A stretch of DNA of 28,139 nucleotides. Source: a virus (taxonomy: Duplodnaviria > Heunggongvirae > Uroviricota > Caudoviricetes). Positions 1 through 14,568 of this stretch are shown in pieces. The first letter of the stretch is position 1. The number at the start of each line of letters is the position of its first letter. The stretch lies in IMG/VR virus record IMGVR_UViG_2744054909_000001; one strand, given 5' to 3'. The translations under genes were made by a program, and so were the position numbers. Below the pieces are notes generated by a model, which was given only the letters and a program-made list of their open reading frames with translations, was not told where the DNA came from and did no database searches.

Positions 1-127
<127 letters not shown>

Positions 128-262
128 GTCATCAAAAACACCACGTATTACTGCGCCGGACTGCTCACCGGATGTCATGGTGGCTGACGTTCCCATGTAC
201 CCGCGTATCGTTTCATCGGCGCGGGCAATGGCAGCATCGAACAGGTTATCGAAATCAGCCAC
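128..262 (-). pseudogene. FII: Lambda FII head-tail joining gene, truncated after codon 45 by the IS insertion
   Basis: The minus strand reads (GTG)ADFDNLFDAAIARADETIRGYMGTSATMTSGEQSGAVIRGVFDD, matching the lambda FII N-terminus; it then diverges into IS sequence and stops. GGGAGG ribosome-binding site upstream. Confidence 0.8.
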
Positions 263-273
263 AGCGCCTCCCG

Positions 274-669
274 TTATTGCATTCTGGCCAGGCCGCGCGC
301 TGTCATTTCAGCTGCCACACCGGCAGAGACACGGAACGCCGTTCCCGGCAGCACAAATGCCACAGCCTCATCCCGCGTGGCGTGAAGTGCATCAGTATGC
401 AGCGTCACCAGTGCCACAACCGTGACCAGAGCAGCCGTATCAGTCACGGTATCCGTCTGCGCTGATACCACCTCATTTTCATGTCCGGTCAGCGCATTTT
501 CCGGGCTGACAGACGTGTCCAGACCGGCTGCGTCATCCGTGTCATCAAGCTCCTCTTCCAGCTCTGCCACACGGAGCGCCAGTTCTTCTTTCGTCCCCGT
601 CAGGCTGACATCACGGTTCAGTTGCTCACCCAGCGACCGGAGACGGGCAATCAGTTCATCTTTCGTCAT
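274..669 (-). CDS. FI: Head-DNA stabilisation / head assembly protein FI
   Basis: ORF 274-708 contains MTKDELIARLRSLGEQLNRDVSLTGTKEELALRVAEL..ARMQ, the lambda FI protein with a few substitutions; start assigned to the internal Met. Confidence 0.88.
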   Translation of the reverse strand: MTKDELIARLRSLGEQLNRDVSLTGTKEELALRVAELEEELDDTDDAAGLDTSVSPENALTGHENEVVSAQTDTVTDTAALVTVVALVTLHTDALHATRDEAVAFVLPGTAFRVSAGVAAEMTARGLARMQ

Positions 670-710
670 GGATTCCTCCACAGAGAGAAAATGGCCCCGA
701 AGGGCCATGA

Positions 711-1736
711 TTACGCCAGTTGAACGGACACGAACTCATCAGGATCAGCCAGCAGCATCAGCGGTGCTGACTGAATCATGGTGAACTCTCGCGCCGGATC
801 GCCGGATGTCTTCCAGTTTTTCGGATAACGGGGAGACGCATTAATACCCTCACTCAATGCATCCGCATCCTGAATACAGCCATAGGTGCGCAGACCGCGT
901 GCATGAGTGTTACCCAGCACCATCGTGTTGTCCGGCAGGAAGTTCTTTTTGACGCCGTTTTCCACGTACTGTCCGGAATACACGACGATGGCCACATCGC
1001 CATACATTCCCTTATAAGACACCGCTTTGCCCAGGTCTTTTACCGCTGTCTCCAGTTCGGAATGAGAGCCGCGACGGGTATCCAGCTTCTCCCTGACGGC
1101 TTTGAAGGAACGGAACAGCGCCCAGCCTTTCGGGTCAAACACGATGATATTCACCACGCCGCTGGCGTTCAGCGCGTAGGCTTCGATATCGTCGGTCGGG
1201 TCATACGTGGACTTGTCACGCTTGCTCCACTCCGTGACGCCAGACTGTGTGATGTTATTCGCTTCACTGCGGCCCATATCCACCTCAACCGGATCGAAGG
1301 CTTCACCGGTCATGGTGTATTTGCCCTTGAGCACGGCAGAAACTGCCTGCATCTCTTCGACCTGAGCAATGGCCAGCTCTTCGTCTCGCATGTTCTGCAT
1401 GATGATGCGACGGCGGCGGTAAGCCGGGTCCGCCAGATTCTGTGGATCTTCATCCGGCAGGCGACGCAGGGTCATCTGCGGATTCACCTCATGCTTGGGT
1501 TTGACATATCCCGGCGTAAATTCAGAGGTGGAGCCGCCACGGGAACGGATAACCTCACCGGAAACAATCGGCGAAACGTACAGCGCCATGTTTACCAGTC
1601 CCGGAATTTGTGAGAGATAGACTTTCTCCGTAGTGAAGGGATAGCTCTCACGGAAAAAGAGACGCAGAAACAGCGGATCAAACTTAAATTTCTGCTCATT
1701 TGCCGCCAGCAGCTGGGCGGTTGTGTACATCGACAT
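711..1736 (-). CDS. E: Major capsid protein E (341 aa)
   Basis: MSMYTTAQLLAANEQKFKFDPLFLRLFFRESYPFTTEKVYLSQIPGLVNMALYVSPIVSGEVIRSRGG.. is near-identical to lambda gpE; the ORF track gives a 9-codon upstream extension. Confidence 0.95.
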   Translation of the reverse strand: MSMYTTAQLLAANEQKFKFDPLFLRLFFRESYPFTTEKVYLSQIPGLVNMALYVSPIVSGEVIRSRGGSTSEFTPGYVKPKHEVNPQMTLRRLPDEDPQNLADPAYRRRRIIMQNMRDEELAIAQVEEMQAVSAVLKGKYTMTGEAFDPVEVDMGRSEANNITQSGVTEWSKRDKSTYDPTDDIEAYALNASGVVNIIVFDPKGWALFRSFKAVREKLDTRRGSHSELETAVKDLGKAVSYKGMYGDVAIVVYSGQYVENGVKKNFLPDNTMVLGNTHARGLRTYGCIQDADALSEGINASPRYPKNWKTSGDPAREFTMIQSAPLMLLADPDEFVSVQLA

Positions 1737-1791
1737 AAAAAAATCCCGTAAAAAAAGCCGCACAGGCGGCCTTTAGTGATGAAGGGTCAGG

Positions 1792-2124
1792 TTAAACGAT
1801 GCTGATTGCCGTTCCGGCAAACGCGGTCCGTTTTTTCGCCTCGTCGCTGGCAGCCTCCGGCCAGAGCACATCCTCATAACGGAACGTGCCGGACTTGTAG
1901 AACGTCAGCGTGGTGCTGGTCTGGTCAGCAGCAACAGCAAGAATGCCAACGGCAGCACCGTCGGTGGTGCCATCCCACGCAACCAGCTTACGGGTGGAGG
2001 TATCCGGCATCAACGGAGTCATTGCTGGCGTTTTCTTACTCAATCCGCCGGGCGCGGTTGCGGTATGAGCCGGGTCACTGTTGCCCAGCGGCTGGTAATG
2101 GGTAAAGGTTTCTTTGCTCGTCAT
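1792..2124 (-). CDS. D: Capsid decoration protein D (110 aa)
   Basis: [27 protein letters not shown]...[11 protein letters not shown] matches lambda gpD; a few substitutions relative to my recollection of lambda. Confidence 0.95.
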   Translation of the reverse strand: MTSKETFTHYQPLGNSDPAHTATAPGGLSKKTPAMTPLMPDTSTRKLVAWDGTTDGAAVGILAVAADQTSTTLTFYKSGTFRYEDVLWPEAASDEAKKRTAFAGTAISIV

Positions 2125-2133
2125 AAACATCCC

Positions 2134-2739
2134 TTACACTGGTGTGTTCAGCAAATCGTTAACGGCATCAGATGCCGGGTTACCTGAAGCCAGCGGTGCC
2201 GGTGCCCCCTGCATCAGACGATCCAGCGCAGTGTCACTGCGCGCCTGTGCACTCTGTGGTGCTGCGGCCAGAATGCGGCGGGCCGTTTCCACGGTCATAC
2301 CGGGGGTTTCGGCCAGCACGCGTGCCTGTTCTTCGCGTCCGTGAGCCTCCTCACAGTTGAGGATCCCCATAATGCGGCTGTTTTCTGCCGCAACCGCTGC
2401 GGTGATCTGCGCGTTCACGTCCGGCTGCGCCGCGCTGGCGTTTTCGCCCTCCGTCGCTGGCACCACGTCAGTAACGTCAGCCTGCGAAGCAGTGGCTGAA
2501 ACAGTTGTTGATTGAGTCTCTTTGGTCATTCGCCCTCCTGAGAGACGGGATTTACGTGCATCCAGTGCATCACGCATGACGGTGATCGCATCGGTGCTGT
2601 TAACAAGTTCATCAGCCAGTCCGGCATCAATGACCTCCTGACCGCTGTACACTGCAGCCTCGGTATCCAGCACAGCCTGCACGGACAGGCCGGTATATGC
2701 CGACACCTTCTGCGCAAACATCTGGCGGGTTGCGTCCAT
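2134..2739 (-). CDS. nu3: Scaffolding protein Nu3, in-frame internal start within C (201 aa)
   Basis: In lambda, Nu3 is translated from an internal start in the C frame and shares its stop. The corresponding Met (..SRMDATRQMFAQKV..) is conserved here at codon 239 of C. Confidence 0.65.
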   Translation of the reverse strand: MDATRQMFAQKVSAYTGLSVQAVLDTEAAVYSGQEVIDAGLADELVNSTDAITVMRDALDARKSRLSGGRMTKETQSTTVSATASQADVTDVVPATEGENASAAQPDVNAQITAAVAAENSRIMGILNCEEAHGREEQARVLAETPGMTVETARRILAAAPQSAQARSDTALDRLMQGAPAPLASGNPASDAVNDLLNTPV

Positions 2740-3433
2740 CCGGGACTGCAGTGTCTCCCGGACGTCATCCGGAAGATGGCTGTAGGGGTTGCCATCCACC
2801 TTATGGCTGCCGCTGTAAATCAGCGTGATTTCCACACCCTGTTTCTCCAGCGCAGCACCGTAATTACTGTGAGCCATCATGACGCCGATGGAGCCTGTCC
2901 GGGCGGTCTGCGTGACCAGACGCCGGGAGGCGGCACTGGCAAGCAACTGACCTGCACTGCAGTTCATGTCGTTGGCAAGCGCCCATACCGGTTTTATGTC
3001 ACGCACACGGGCGATGATGTCAGCGCAGTCAAATGCCCCCGCCACCATCCCGCCGGGCGTGTCCATATCGAGCAGAATGCCGTCCACCATCGGATCGCTG
3101 GCAGCCTGTTGCAGACGGGCGATAATGCCGTTGTAACCGGTCATCCCCGAGTACGGCTGCAGCGCCCGCGTCCGGCTGACCAGCGTGCCGGACACCGACA
3201 GCACGGCGATGCCGTTCATGACCTGATAACTGCGGGCCTGTCGTGGTCCGTCATCATCACCGGATAATGCCAGCGTCGCGAGTGCCTCCTGGGCAGTCAG
3301 GCTGTCGCCGGACACCGCATCCGTCAGGCGGCTGATCCCAAGCTGGCCTGCAAGCGCACAAAAGAAAACCCGCGCATAGGCGGGTTCAAGCATCAGCGGC
3401 TCATTAAAGGCCATGCTGGCAATATGCGGGAGA

Positions 3434-3453
<20 letters not shown>
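2134..3453 (-). CDS. C: Minor capsid protein C / prohead protease (439 aa, GTG start)
   Basis: (V)TAELRNLPHIASMAFNEPLMLEPAYARVFFCALAGQLGIS.. through ..DAVNDLLNTPV matches lambda gpC. The GTG at 3451-3453 overlaps the end of B as in lambda. The ORF track extends upstream in frame (2134-3588) but that part is not lambda-like. Confidence 0.9.
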
Positions 3454-7134
<3,681 letters not shown>

Positions 7135-7160
<26 letters not shown>

Positions 7161-7680
7161 TCAGCAACCCCGGTATCAGTTCATCCAGCGCGGCTGCTTT
7201 GTTCATGGCTTTGATGATATCCCGTTTCAGGAAATCAACATGTCGGTTTTCCAGTTCCGGAAAACGCCGCTGCACCGACAGGGGGATCCCGTCGAGAATA
7301 CTGGCAATTTCACCTGCGATCCGCGACAGCACGAAAGTACAGAATGCGGTTTCCACCACTTCAGCGGAGTCTCTGGCATTTTTCAGCTCCTGTGCGTCGG
7401 CCTGCGCACGCGTAAGTCGATGGCGTTCGTACTCAATAGTCCCTGGCTGGAGATCTGTCTCGCTGGCCTGCCGCAGTTCTTCAACTTCCCGGCGCAGCTT
7501 TTCGTTCTCAATTTCAGCATCCCTTTCGGCATACCATCTTATAACGGCGGCAGAGTCATAAAGCACCTCATTACCCTTGCCACCGCCTCGCAGAACGGGC
7601 ATTCCCTGTTCCTGCCAGTTCTGAATGGTACGGATACTCGCACCGAAAATGTCAGCCAGCTGCTTTTTGTTGACTTCCAT
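7135..7680 (-). CDS. nu1: Terminase small subunit Nu1 (181 aa)
   Basis: MEVNKKQLADIFGASIRTIQNWQEQGMPVLRGGGKGNEVLYDSAAVIRWYAERDAEIENEKLRREVEEL.. matches lambda Nu1; the 3' end overlaps the start of A as in lambda. Confidence 0.95.
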
Positions 7681-7689
7681 TGCTCATTC

Positions 7690-7900
7690 CACGGACAAAA
7701 ACAGAGAAAGGAAACGACAGAGGCCAAAAAGCTCGCTTTCAGCACCTGTCGTTTCCTTTCTTTTCAGGGGGTATTTTAAATAAAAACATTAAGTTACGAC
7801 GAAGAAGAACGGAAACACCTTAAACCGGAAAATTTTCATAAATAGCGAAAACCCGCGAGGTCGCCGCCCCGTAACCTGTCGGATCACCGGAAAGGACCCG
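7690..7900 (-). other. cos packaging site (cosB, cosN, cosQ); cosN 12-nt cohesive end at 7858-7869
   Basis: The minus strand reads GGGCGGCGACCTCGCGGGTTTTCGCTATTTATGAAAATTTTCCGGTTTAAGG.., the lambda left-end sequence; the + strand at 7870-8060 matches the lambda right end (..GGGTCCTTTCCGGTGATCCGACAGGTTACG). cosB lies between cosN and nu1. Confidence 0.88.
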
Positions 7901-8068
7901 TAAAGTGATAATGATTATCATCTACATATCACAACGTGCGTGGAGGCCATCAAACCACGTCAAATAATCAATTATGACGCAGGTATCGTATTAATTGATC
8001 TGCATCAACTTAACGTAAAAACAACTTCAGACAATACAAATCAGCGACACTGAATACGGGGCAACCTC

Positions 8069-8302
8069 ATGTCAACGAAGAACAGAACCCGCAGAACAAC
8101 AACCCGCAACATCCGCTTTCCTAACCAAATGATTGAACAAATTAACATCGCTCTTGAGCAAAAAGGGTCCGGGAATTTCTCAGCCTGGGTCATTGAAGCC
8201 TGCCGCCGGAGACTGTGCTCAGAAAAAAGAGTTTCTTCTGAAGCAAACAAAGAAAAGAGTGACATTACTGAATTGCTCAGAAAACAGGTCAGACCAGATT
8301 GA
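8069..8302 (+). CDS. ynfO: YnfO-like small prophage protein (77 aa)
   Basis: MSTKNRTRRTTTRNIRFPNQMIEQINIALEQKGSGNFSAWVIEACRRRLCSEKR.. matches my recollection of K-12 Qin YnfO; its 5' end lies in sequence shared with the lambda right end. Confidence 0.75.
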   Translation: MSTKNRTRRTTTRNIRFPNQMIEQINIALEQKGSGNFSAWVIEACRRRLCSEKRVSSEANKEKSDITELLRKQVRPD

Positions 8303-8359
8303 AGCAATTTAGATAATCGTGCAGACTACGCCCCCTCATATCACATGGAAGGTTTATCT

Positions 8360-8770
8360 ATGGATCAGGTAGTCATTTTTAAACAAATATTTGATAAAGT
8401 TCGAAACGATTTAAACTATCAATGGTTTTATTCTGAGCTAAAACGTCACAATGTCTCACATTACATTTACTATTTAGCCACAGAGAATGTTCATATTGTA
8501 TTAAAAAATGATAATACAGTGTTATTAAAGGGCCTAAAAAACATTGTGTCTGTCAAATTTTCAAAGGATAGGCATCTTATAGAAACGACCTCTAATAAGC
8601 TGAAATCCAGAGAGATCACATTTCAGGAATACAGAAGAAACCTTGCTAAAGCAGGAGTTTTTCGGTGGGTTACAAATATCCACGAACAAAAAAGATATTA
8701 CTATACCTTTGATAATTCATTACTATTTACTGAAAGCATCCAGAAAACTACACAGATCTTACCACGCTAA
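8360..8770 (+). CDS. ydfO: YdfO-like DUF1398 protein (136 aa)
   Basis: [59 protein letters not shown]..; GGAAGG ribosome-binding site before the internal ATG of ORF 8345-8770. Confidence 0.8.
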
Positions 8771-8921
8771 ACCATAACGTCCGGCTTCTCTCACTCCTGA
8801 GCCGGACTGCATTGGTTTAATAAAAACCATCAACAATTGTGATTTAGATATTCGGAACCATTCAAATATAACAAAACCCCGTAAAAACGAGGTTTATGGA
8901 TAAATTTTATTATTGAATACA

Positions 8922-9095
8922 TCAGATTAAATTAATCTTGACATCATAGCTTTCAAGACCCGTCATTTTTTCCCGTGCGGTAAACTGAATACTGGTAACT
9001 TCTTTCCCGGTCTTTTTCTTAAGTTCAATAATTTTTTTTGTTATATATTCAGAAATATCTGCTTCTGCTTTTGTTTTTAAGTTTTCAATATTCAT
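8922..9095 (-). CDS. gnsB: GnsB-like protein (57 aa)
   Basis: Translated by hand on the minus strand: MNIENLKTKAEADISEYITKKIIELKKKTGKEVTSIQFTAREKMTGLESYDVKINLI; below the size cut-off of the ORF track. Confidence 0.8.
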   Translation of the reverse strand: MNIENLKTKAEADISEYITKKIIELKKKTGKEVTSIQFTAREKMTGLESYDVKINLI

Positions 9096-9266
9096 CATTT
9101 CCTCTTTTAGTCTGTTATGACTTTCCAGTTACACAGTAAGTCGATTATATGGTGCAAACGTGTAAAAGATAAGATGAAACATCGCAATAATCAACATACG
9201 ATAGTCTAAATTTTACACAAACAGACAAAGAGAATTTTCCTGAATTATCAATGCAATAGCATCAAA

Positions 9267-9497
9267 TCAACTCAAGAGCCTTATTGCTGCTTCCAGAATT
9301 TCTTCTGAAGTAACATGTCGATCCGCGGCTACATAAATGACTTTATGATCTCCGGTCAGAGATGGAAACCCTGCGGCCATTACAGTAAGGTGTGTTTTTT
9401 CGCCATTTGGATATTCACGCATGATGGTGTTAACTCCAGTCATCGCTGGCACTACCACTGCTGGTTCAGAGTTAAAAAAAACTATGATTTTTTTCAT
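9267..9497 (-). CDS. ynfN: YnfN-like protein
   Basis: ORF 9267-9539; the C-terminal 51 aa (MREYPNGEKTHLTVMAAGFPSLTGDHKVIYVAADRHVTSEEILEAAIRLLS) match K-12 YnfN as I recall it. Start uncertain (9497 or 9419). Confidence 0.6.
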   Translation of the reverse strand: MKKIIVFFNSEPAVVVPAMTGVNTIMREYPNGEKTHLTVMAAGFPSLTGDHKVIYVAADRHVTSEEILEAAIRLLS

Positions 9498-9541
9498 GAT
9501 GTTACCGTAGTATGTGAGTATCCATCGAATAGACACCAAGC

Positions 9542-9575
9542 AAAAAAGCTCCCGAAGGAGCCTTCATTTTCACTT
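9542..9575. terminator. Hairpin terminator downstream of cspI, potentially bidirectional
   Basis: caaaaaaGCTCCcgaaGGAGCcttcattttcacttttt: a GC stem flanked by an A-run and a T-run. Confidence 0.5.
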
Positions 9576-9768
9576 TTTCAAATCCAACGACAGACGGCTG
9601 GCATTTAAGTATTGTGAAATATTATCAAATGTAATCATCATTGATTTACAAAAGATACATTTTGCCCCGAAAGGATTCATGTCAGAAACATCAAAAGATG
9701 ATGTTCTATACTGGGAACCATGACAACACGGGCATCTAAAGTGAATATGGTTTGTAATATTGTCTACC

Positions 9769-9981
9769 TCAAAGCGCCACTACATGAACAGCGGCAGGAC
9801 CTTTAGGTCCGTTCTCAATACCAAATTCAACTTCCTGATTCTCAGTTAATGTTTTGAAATCGTTGCTCTGAATTGCTGAGAAATGGACAAACACATCTTT
9901 GCTGCCATCTTTCGGCGTGATGAAACCAAAACCTTTTTCAGGGTTAAACCATTTCACTAAACCAGTCATTTTGTTAGACAT
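9769..9981 (-). CDS. cspI: Cold-shock protein CspI-like (70 aa)
   Basis: [70 protein letters not shown] is a CspA-family cold-shock domain. Confidence 0.9.
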   Translation of the reverse strand: MSNKMTGLVKWFNPEKGFGFITPKDGSKDVFVHFSAIQSNDFKTLTENQEVEFGIENGPKGPAAVHVVAL

Positions 9982-10343
9982 AATTATTACCTTTTGAAGA
10001 AATTAGCCCTTGGGCAGAATGGTCCGAAAAAAAATATCAGAGAGAAAAACCAACAAGGAAATCTCAAGAGGTACAAATAATAAAATTATAACAATGACTG
10101 CTTCAGATAAATTTGTAACAAACCAGAACACCATTAACGCATGATTAACCACCCATAGCAAGGATTACTTTTGTAAAGAAAAACACAGCAATGAAAGAAT
10201 AGCTTTATTTATTAATAAAACGTGTCATTCTGATTAAGACCTTTTATCTTACCCTTAAGATTTCAGGAATTTTGGCTCATGGAAGAGTCCTTTTTATTTA
10301 AATTTTACATTCCGCGATGTAAATGTTCCGATTTAATATTACC

Positions 10344-11367
<1,024 letters not shown>

Positions 11368-11371
<4 letters not shown>

Positions 11372-11679
11372 AGATATTTATGATGAGGACGCTCGTGCTT
11401 ATTGGCAGGATTTTCAATCTTAAAGGAGTACTGATGCTGCAGATAAGACTCAACTTTTTCTGACAATTTTTCTGCTACTTCCAGGAAGACTTGCCGGACG
11501 CTCCTTCTGGCTGCTGCCTCATAAAACTCCAGCGCAGCTCCTTCAACACGGTCCATGGCGACATCCAGGTCAAAAATTTCACCGTCAAAGCGTTCTTTGT
11601 CCTGTAAGGCTACAGTTACCGTAACTTTATTCTCAAAATTACGGACTCCTTTCACAACCAGTTCATAGTCTTGAGTCAT
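11368..11679 (-). CDS. ydfR: YdfR-like DUF1327 protein (103 aa)
   Basis: MTQDYELVVKGVRNFENKVTVTVALQDKERFDGEIFDLDVAMDRVEG..; lies between holin and endolysin as in K-12 Qin. Confidence 0.8.
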
Positions 11680-11683
11680 TGGA

Positions 11684-11899
11684 TTACTCTCCTCTCGCAG
11701 CCTTACGCCTGTCTTCTTTAATCTTGAAATAAAGATTTGTCAGATACGTCAGCAGGCCAAAAACCAGGCTACCCAGCACACCGATTGCAGCCCACTGTGA
11801 CGGAGTTACTTTATCGAGTAACTGCAATGCCCAGAAACCAGCATTACCCGCCGATGTGCCATAGGCAACACCTGTTGTTAACTTATCCATTGATTTCAT
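11684..11899 (-). CDS. essQ: Holin (class II-like, 71 aa)
   Basis: [71 protein letters not shown]: two transmembrane segments, charged C-terminus, and a possible dual start (MKSMDK). Confidence 0.82.
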   Translation of the reverse strand: MKSMDKLTTGVAYGTSAGNAGFWALQLLDKVTPSQWAAIGVLGSLVFGLLTYLTNLYFKIKEDRRKAARGE

Positions 11900-12118
11900 A
11901 TCCTCACCCCGATGTACACGGATGGTGCAATATGTTTGAAAAGATCGGAGTCTACGGGGTAGTTTTGACAGCACACGTTGTTCTCAACGGCGCTAAAAAA
12001 ACATACACATTAAAAATGTGGGTAATTATTTTGAAAGAAAATCATATATAAAATAATAATACGAGAAATGTTTTCATATTTAGTGTACTGTATACGGCCA
12101 TTTATACAGGAAAAGCCT

Positions 12119-12289
12119 ATGTCAGAACGTAAAAACTCAAAATCACGCCGTAATTATCTCGTTAAATGTTCCTGCCCAAACTGCACCCAAGAGTCAGAAC
12201 ACAGTTTTTCAAGAGTACAAAAAGGTGCCCTTTTGATGTGCCCTCATTGCAACAAAGTATTCCAGACAAATCTTAAAGCTGTAGCCTGA
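12119..12289 (+). CDS. Small zinc-ribbon protein (56 aa, CxxC..CxxC)
   Basis: MSERKNSKSRRNYLVKCSCPNCTQESEHSFSRVQKGALLMCPHCNKVFQTNLKAVA; AGGAAAAG ribosome-binding site upstream; followed by a terminator hairpin. Confidence 0.5.
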   Translation: MSERKNSKSRRNYLVKCSCPNCTQESEHSFSRVQKGALLMCPHCNKVFQTNLKAVA

Positions 12290-12349
12290 TTGATTTTATT
12301 AGTAACAAGTATTTTTTATATTTTAATAATATATTTAAAGCAGATAATA

Positions 12350-12372
12350 AAAAACCCGCCTGAGCGGGTTTG
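12350..12372. terminator. Hairpin terminator (aaaAACCCGCctgaGCGGGTTt), likely bidirectional
   Basis: Perfect 7-bp GC-rich stem with an A-run on one side and a T-containing tract on the other; sits between the zinc-ribbon ORF and the cspB 3' region. Confidence 0.5.
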
Positions 12373-12652
12373 AGATTGTGGTGCTTTTTGTGGGAGTCAT
12401 CCACTTACGCACTTTGTTTTGCCATGCCAGCAGTTAGCTTCTGCTGTAAAACTATTCATGCAGCAAACCTGCACTTCACCACAATGGTTAGCATACTTTT
12501 CCTGATTAAGATTTTGCCAAATATGCTAGCCATTGTTTCATGTATTGGACCTCCTTACTTTTTATTAAAGAGATCCAATATTCACTACTCTGTCCGTATC
12601 TCTACTCAGGCATCAGCCTTCTTCGTTATCGTATACAGACGAGCGATGAATT

Positions 12653-12868
12653 TTAATCAGTAATGATGACATTTGCTGCTGCAGGACCTTTAGCACCACT
12701 CTCTATAGAGAAGGTAACCTTTTGACCTTCAAATAAGGTTCGATAATTATCATTCTGAATCGCAGAAAAATGCACAAACACATCTTTACTACCATCAACA
12801 GGAGAAATAAAGCCGAAACCTTTATCAGCGTTAAACCATTTTACTAAACCAGTCATTTTATTTGACAT
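12653..12868 (-). CDS. cspB: Cold-shock protein CspB-like (71 aa)
   Basis: [71 protein letters not shown]. Confidence 0.9.
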   Translation of the reverse strand: MSNKMTGLVKWFNADKGFGFISPVDGSKDVFVHFSAIQNDNYRTLFEGQKVTFSIESGAKGPAAANVIITD

Positions 12869-13168
12869 TCTACATTCCTTAACTTGAGCCTTTCGGCATA
12901 AATGGTTTGCATAACAGAAACGACTTCGTACTTAATTGGAGAGACTCAAAGAAGGAATAAGTGAATAACACCTGAAATGAGAACTGCTTTAGTAAACTAC
13001 TTCGTATATCGTCTGTTCTTCAAACCGACGCAATCATTAACGCATAGTTGAACATATGAAGCAATGTTTATTTTAGACATCCAGCCATCTTCAACCCCAT
13101 CAAAAAACTATAGCTTTCTTCAGGAACGTGTGTATAGTGCGCCAAGTTATCAGTATTAAGGAATTTTT

Positions 13169-13381
13169 TTGTCCCGTAAAATGACAGGAATTGTCAAAAC
13201 CTTTGACGGCAAAAGCGGCAAGGGTCTTATCACCCCATCCGATGGTCGTATCGATGTCCAGCTTCATGTTTCAGCGCTCAATCTCCGCGATGCAGAAGAA
13301 ATTACCACCGGATTACGCGTGGAATTTTGCCGGATAAATGGTCTGCGTGGCCCTTCAGCTGCCAATGTTTACCTTTCATGA
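13169..13381 (+). CDS. cspF: Cold-shock protein CspF-like (70 aa)
   Basis: [70 protein letters not shown]. Confidence 0.9.
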
Positions 13382-13435
13382 GCTATATTAAAGCTTTAAT
13401 TTCAGGCCCCATCGGATCACACATGGAGAGTTTTT

Positions 13436-13525
13436 ATGAATAACCCCGTCTGTCTTGATGACTGGTTGATTGGCTTTAAAAGCTTATGCTGTACTTTGGC
13501 CGTAATAGCTCTGCTAATAATATAA
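13436..13525 (+). CDS. Possible 29-aa hydrophobic small peptide
   Basis: GGAGAG ribosome-binding site 8 nt before ATG; [29 protein letters not shown]. Too short for the ORF track; speculative. Confidence 0.25.
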
Positions 13526-13674
13526 TAAGCAGACTCATTGTGTTTAGGGACATTGTACTGGAAGAAAACATTTTAAACATCAGGCAAATAACCAAGTCAC
13601 CAGCTAAATAATAAGTTAACAGACATGAGTCCCGGGATGAGATTCAACATTACCATTGCCCCATTTAAAGCACA

Positions 13675-13705
13675 AAACCCGCTCATCAGCGGGTTTTCTA
13701 CTTTT
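13675..13705. terminator. Hairpin terminator (AAACCCGCTcatcAGCGGGTTT + T-run)
   Basis: 9-bp stem followed by tctacttttt on the + strand and preceded by an A-run, so it can act in both directions; candidate cspF terminator and tR'-like terminator for the late transcript. Confidence 0.5.
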
Positions 13706-13742
13706 TCTTAACGTCGGGTATACAAAGCCCATCGTTGAAAAA

Positions 13743-13771
13743 ATTTTATCCATATTTTTTGAAAAATGCAA
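13743..13771 (-). promoter_or_regulatory. Candidate late promoter (pR'-like) just downstream of the Q gene
   Basis: On the minus strand TTGCAT, a 17-nt spacer, then TAAAAT, about 30 bp after the quuQ stop; this is the position expected for a Q-modified late promoter. Confidence 0.3.
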
Positions 13772-13802
13772 ACATCATGTCGCCATCTTCAGCAAAAATC
13801 AT

Positions 13803-14555
13803 TTATCTCGTCACCTTCCTCAATTGCGCTTCCGCGTATGCTTCTTCCTGCCAGCACTTTGTTACCAGTTTACCAATGACGTCCGCATACCCCTTATACC
13901 ACTGATAATCGGTCAGGTCTGGTACCAGCTTCTGGACATGACGTCGTGCCAGCGTGGTCGGTAAACGACTAAACCGGTTTCCATTACAACGCCCACAAAT
14001 CTTATATACCGGTACGCCATGAAACCGGGTTCTTTTTTCATCCAGAACAATCCCTTTACCCTTACACCCTCTGCACGCTGTGCTGGCTTCGCCCTTACCA
14101 TGGCAATGCTGACATAGTTCCTTCACCCATTCTTCCTTGATTACAGATTCCCCGCGTCTGTAGTGTTTCACCACTTCGCGCAATACATTATAAAATCCCG
14201 TACCTGAACAATGCTCACAGCGAGCCTTACTTGCCGCAGACCTGGAGTAATCAGCAAAGGCAAAACTCACGAGGTAAGGAATAATCTGTAACCGGATTTC
14301 TTCACTCAATTTGTTCAATGTCGGGTTATCCAGTGCCATCGCGTAATTTAGCAGGCCTTCAATCGCAAACTGAGGGTCCTGAACACCAACTTTTGCCAGA
14401 AATAAGGCCAACCCAAGTGGTGCTTTCGACTGCACCATCCCCTGCGCTGCCATTACATCCGTAATTGTTAAACAACCGGTGCCTGTCGCTGGAGCGTCAT
14501 CGCTCAATTTTGGAGATTTTGGGGAGTAATATTTTGGTAAGGCTTCAAGGTTCAT
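13803..14555 (-). CDS. quuQ: Late-gene antiterminator Q (phage 82/21 type, 250 aa)
   Basis: MNLEALPKYYSPKSPKLSDDAPATGTGCLTITDVMAAQGMVQSKAPLGLALFLAKVG.. with the cysteine cluster CEHCSGTG..CQHCHGKG..CRGCKGKG. Confidence 0.9.
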   Translation of the reverse strand: MNLEALPKYYSPKSPKLSDDAPATGTGCLTITDVMAAQGMVQSKAPLGLALFLAKVGVQDPQFAIEGLLNYAMALDNPTLNKLSEEIRLQIIPYLVSFAFADYSRSAASKARCEHCSGTGFYNVLREVVKHYRRGESVIKEEWVKELCQHCHGKGEASTACRGCKGKGIVLDEKRTRFHGVPVYKICGRCNGNRFSRLPTTLARRHVQKLVPDLTDYQWYKGYADVIGKLVTKCWQEEAYAEAQLRKVTR

Positions 14556-14568
14556 GCTCGTTCTCCAC

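Noticed and set aside
903-1613. Long + strand ORFs antisense to the head genes (903-1613, 2776-3267, 4601-5041, 6333-7100 and similar)
   Set aside because: They lie entirely within, and opposite to, minus-strand genes that match lambda head proteins over their full length; no ribosome-binding sites; typical shadow ORFs of GC-rich coding sequence.
1741-1791. Hairpin plus U-run between D and E on the minus strand, which looks like an intrinsic terminator inside the head operon
   Set aside because: The same sequence is present in lambda, where D and E are co-transcribed; it is probably an mRNA structure affecting stability or translation rather than a functional terminator.
12370-12663. 97-aa + strand ORF downstream of the zinc-ribbon gene
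   Set aside because: Starts inside the terminator hairpin, lacks a ribosome-binding site, has low-complexity composition and lies in the cspB 3' region; likely spurious.
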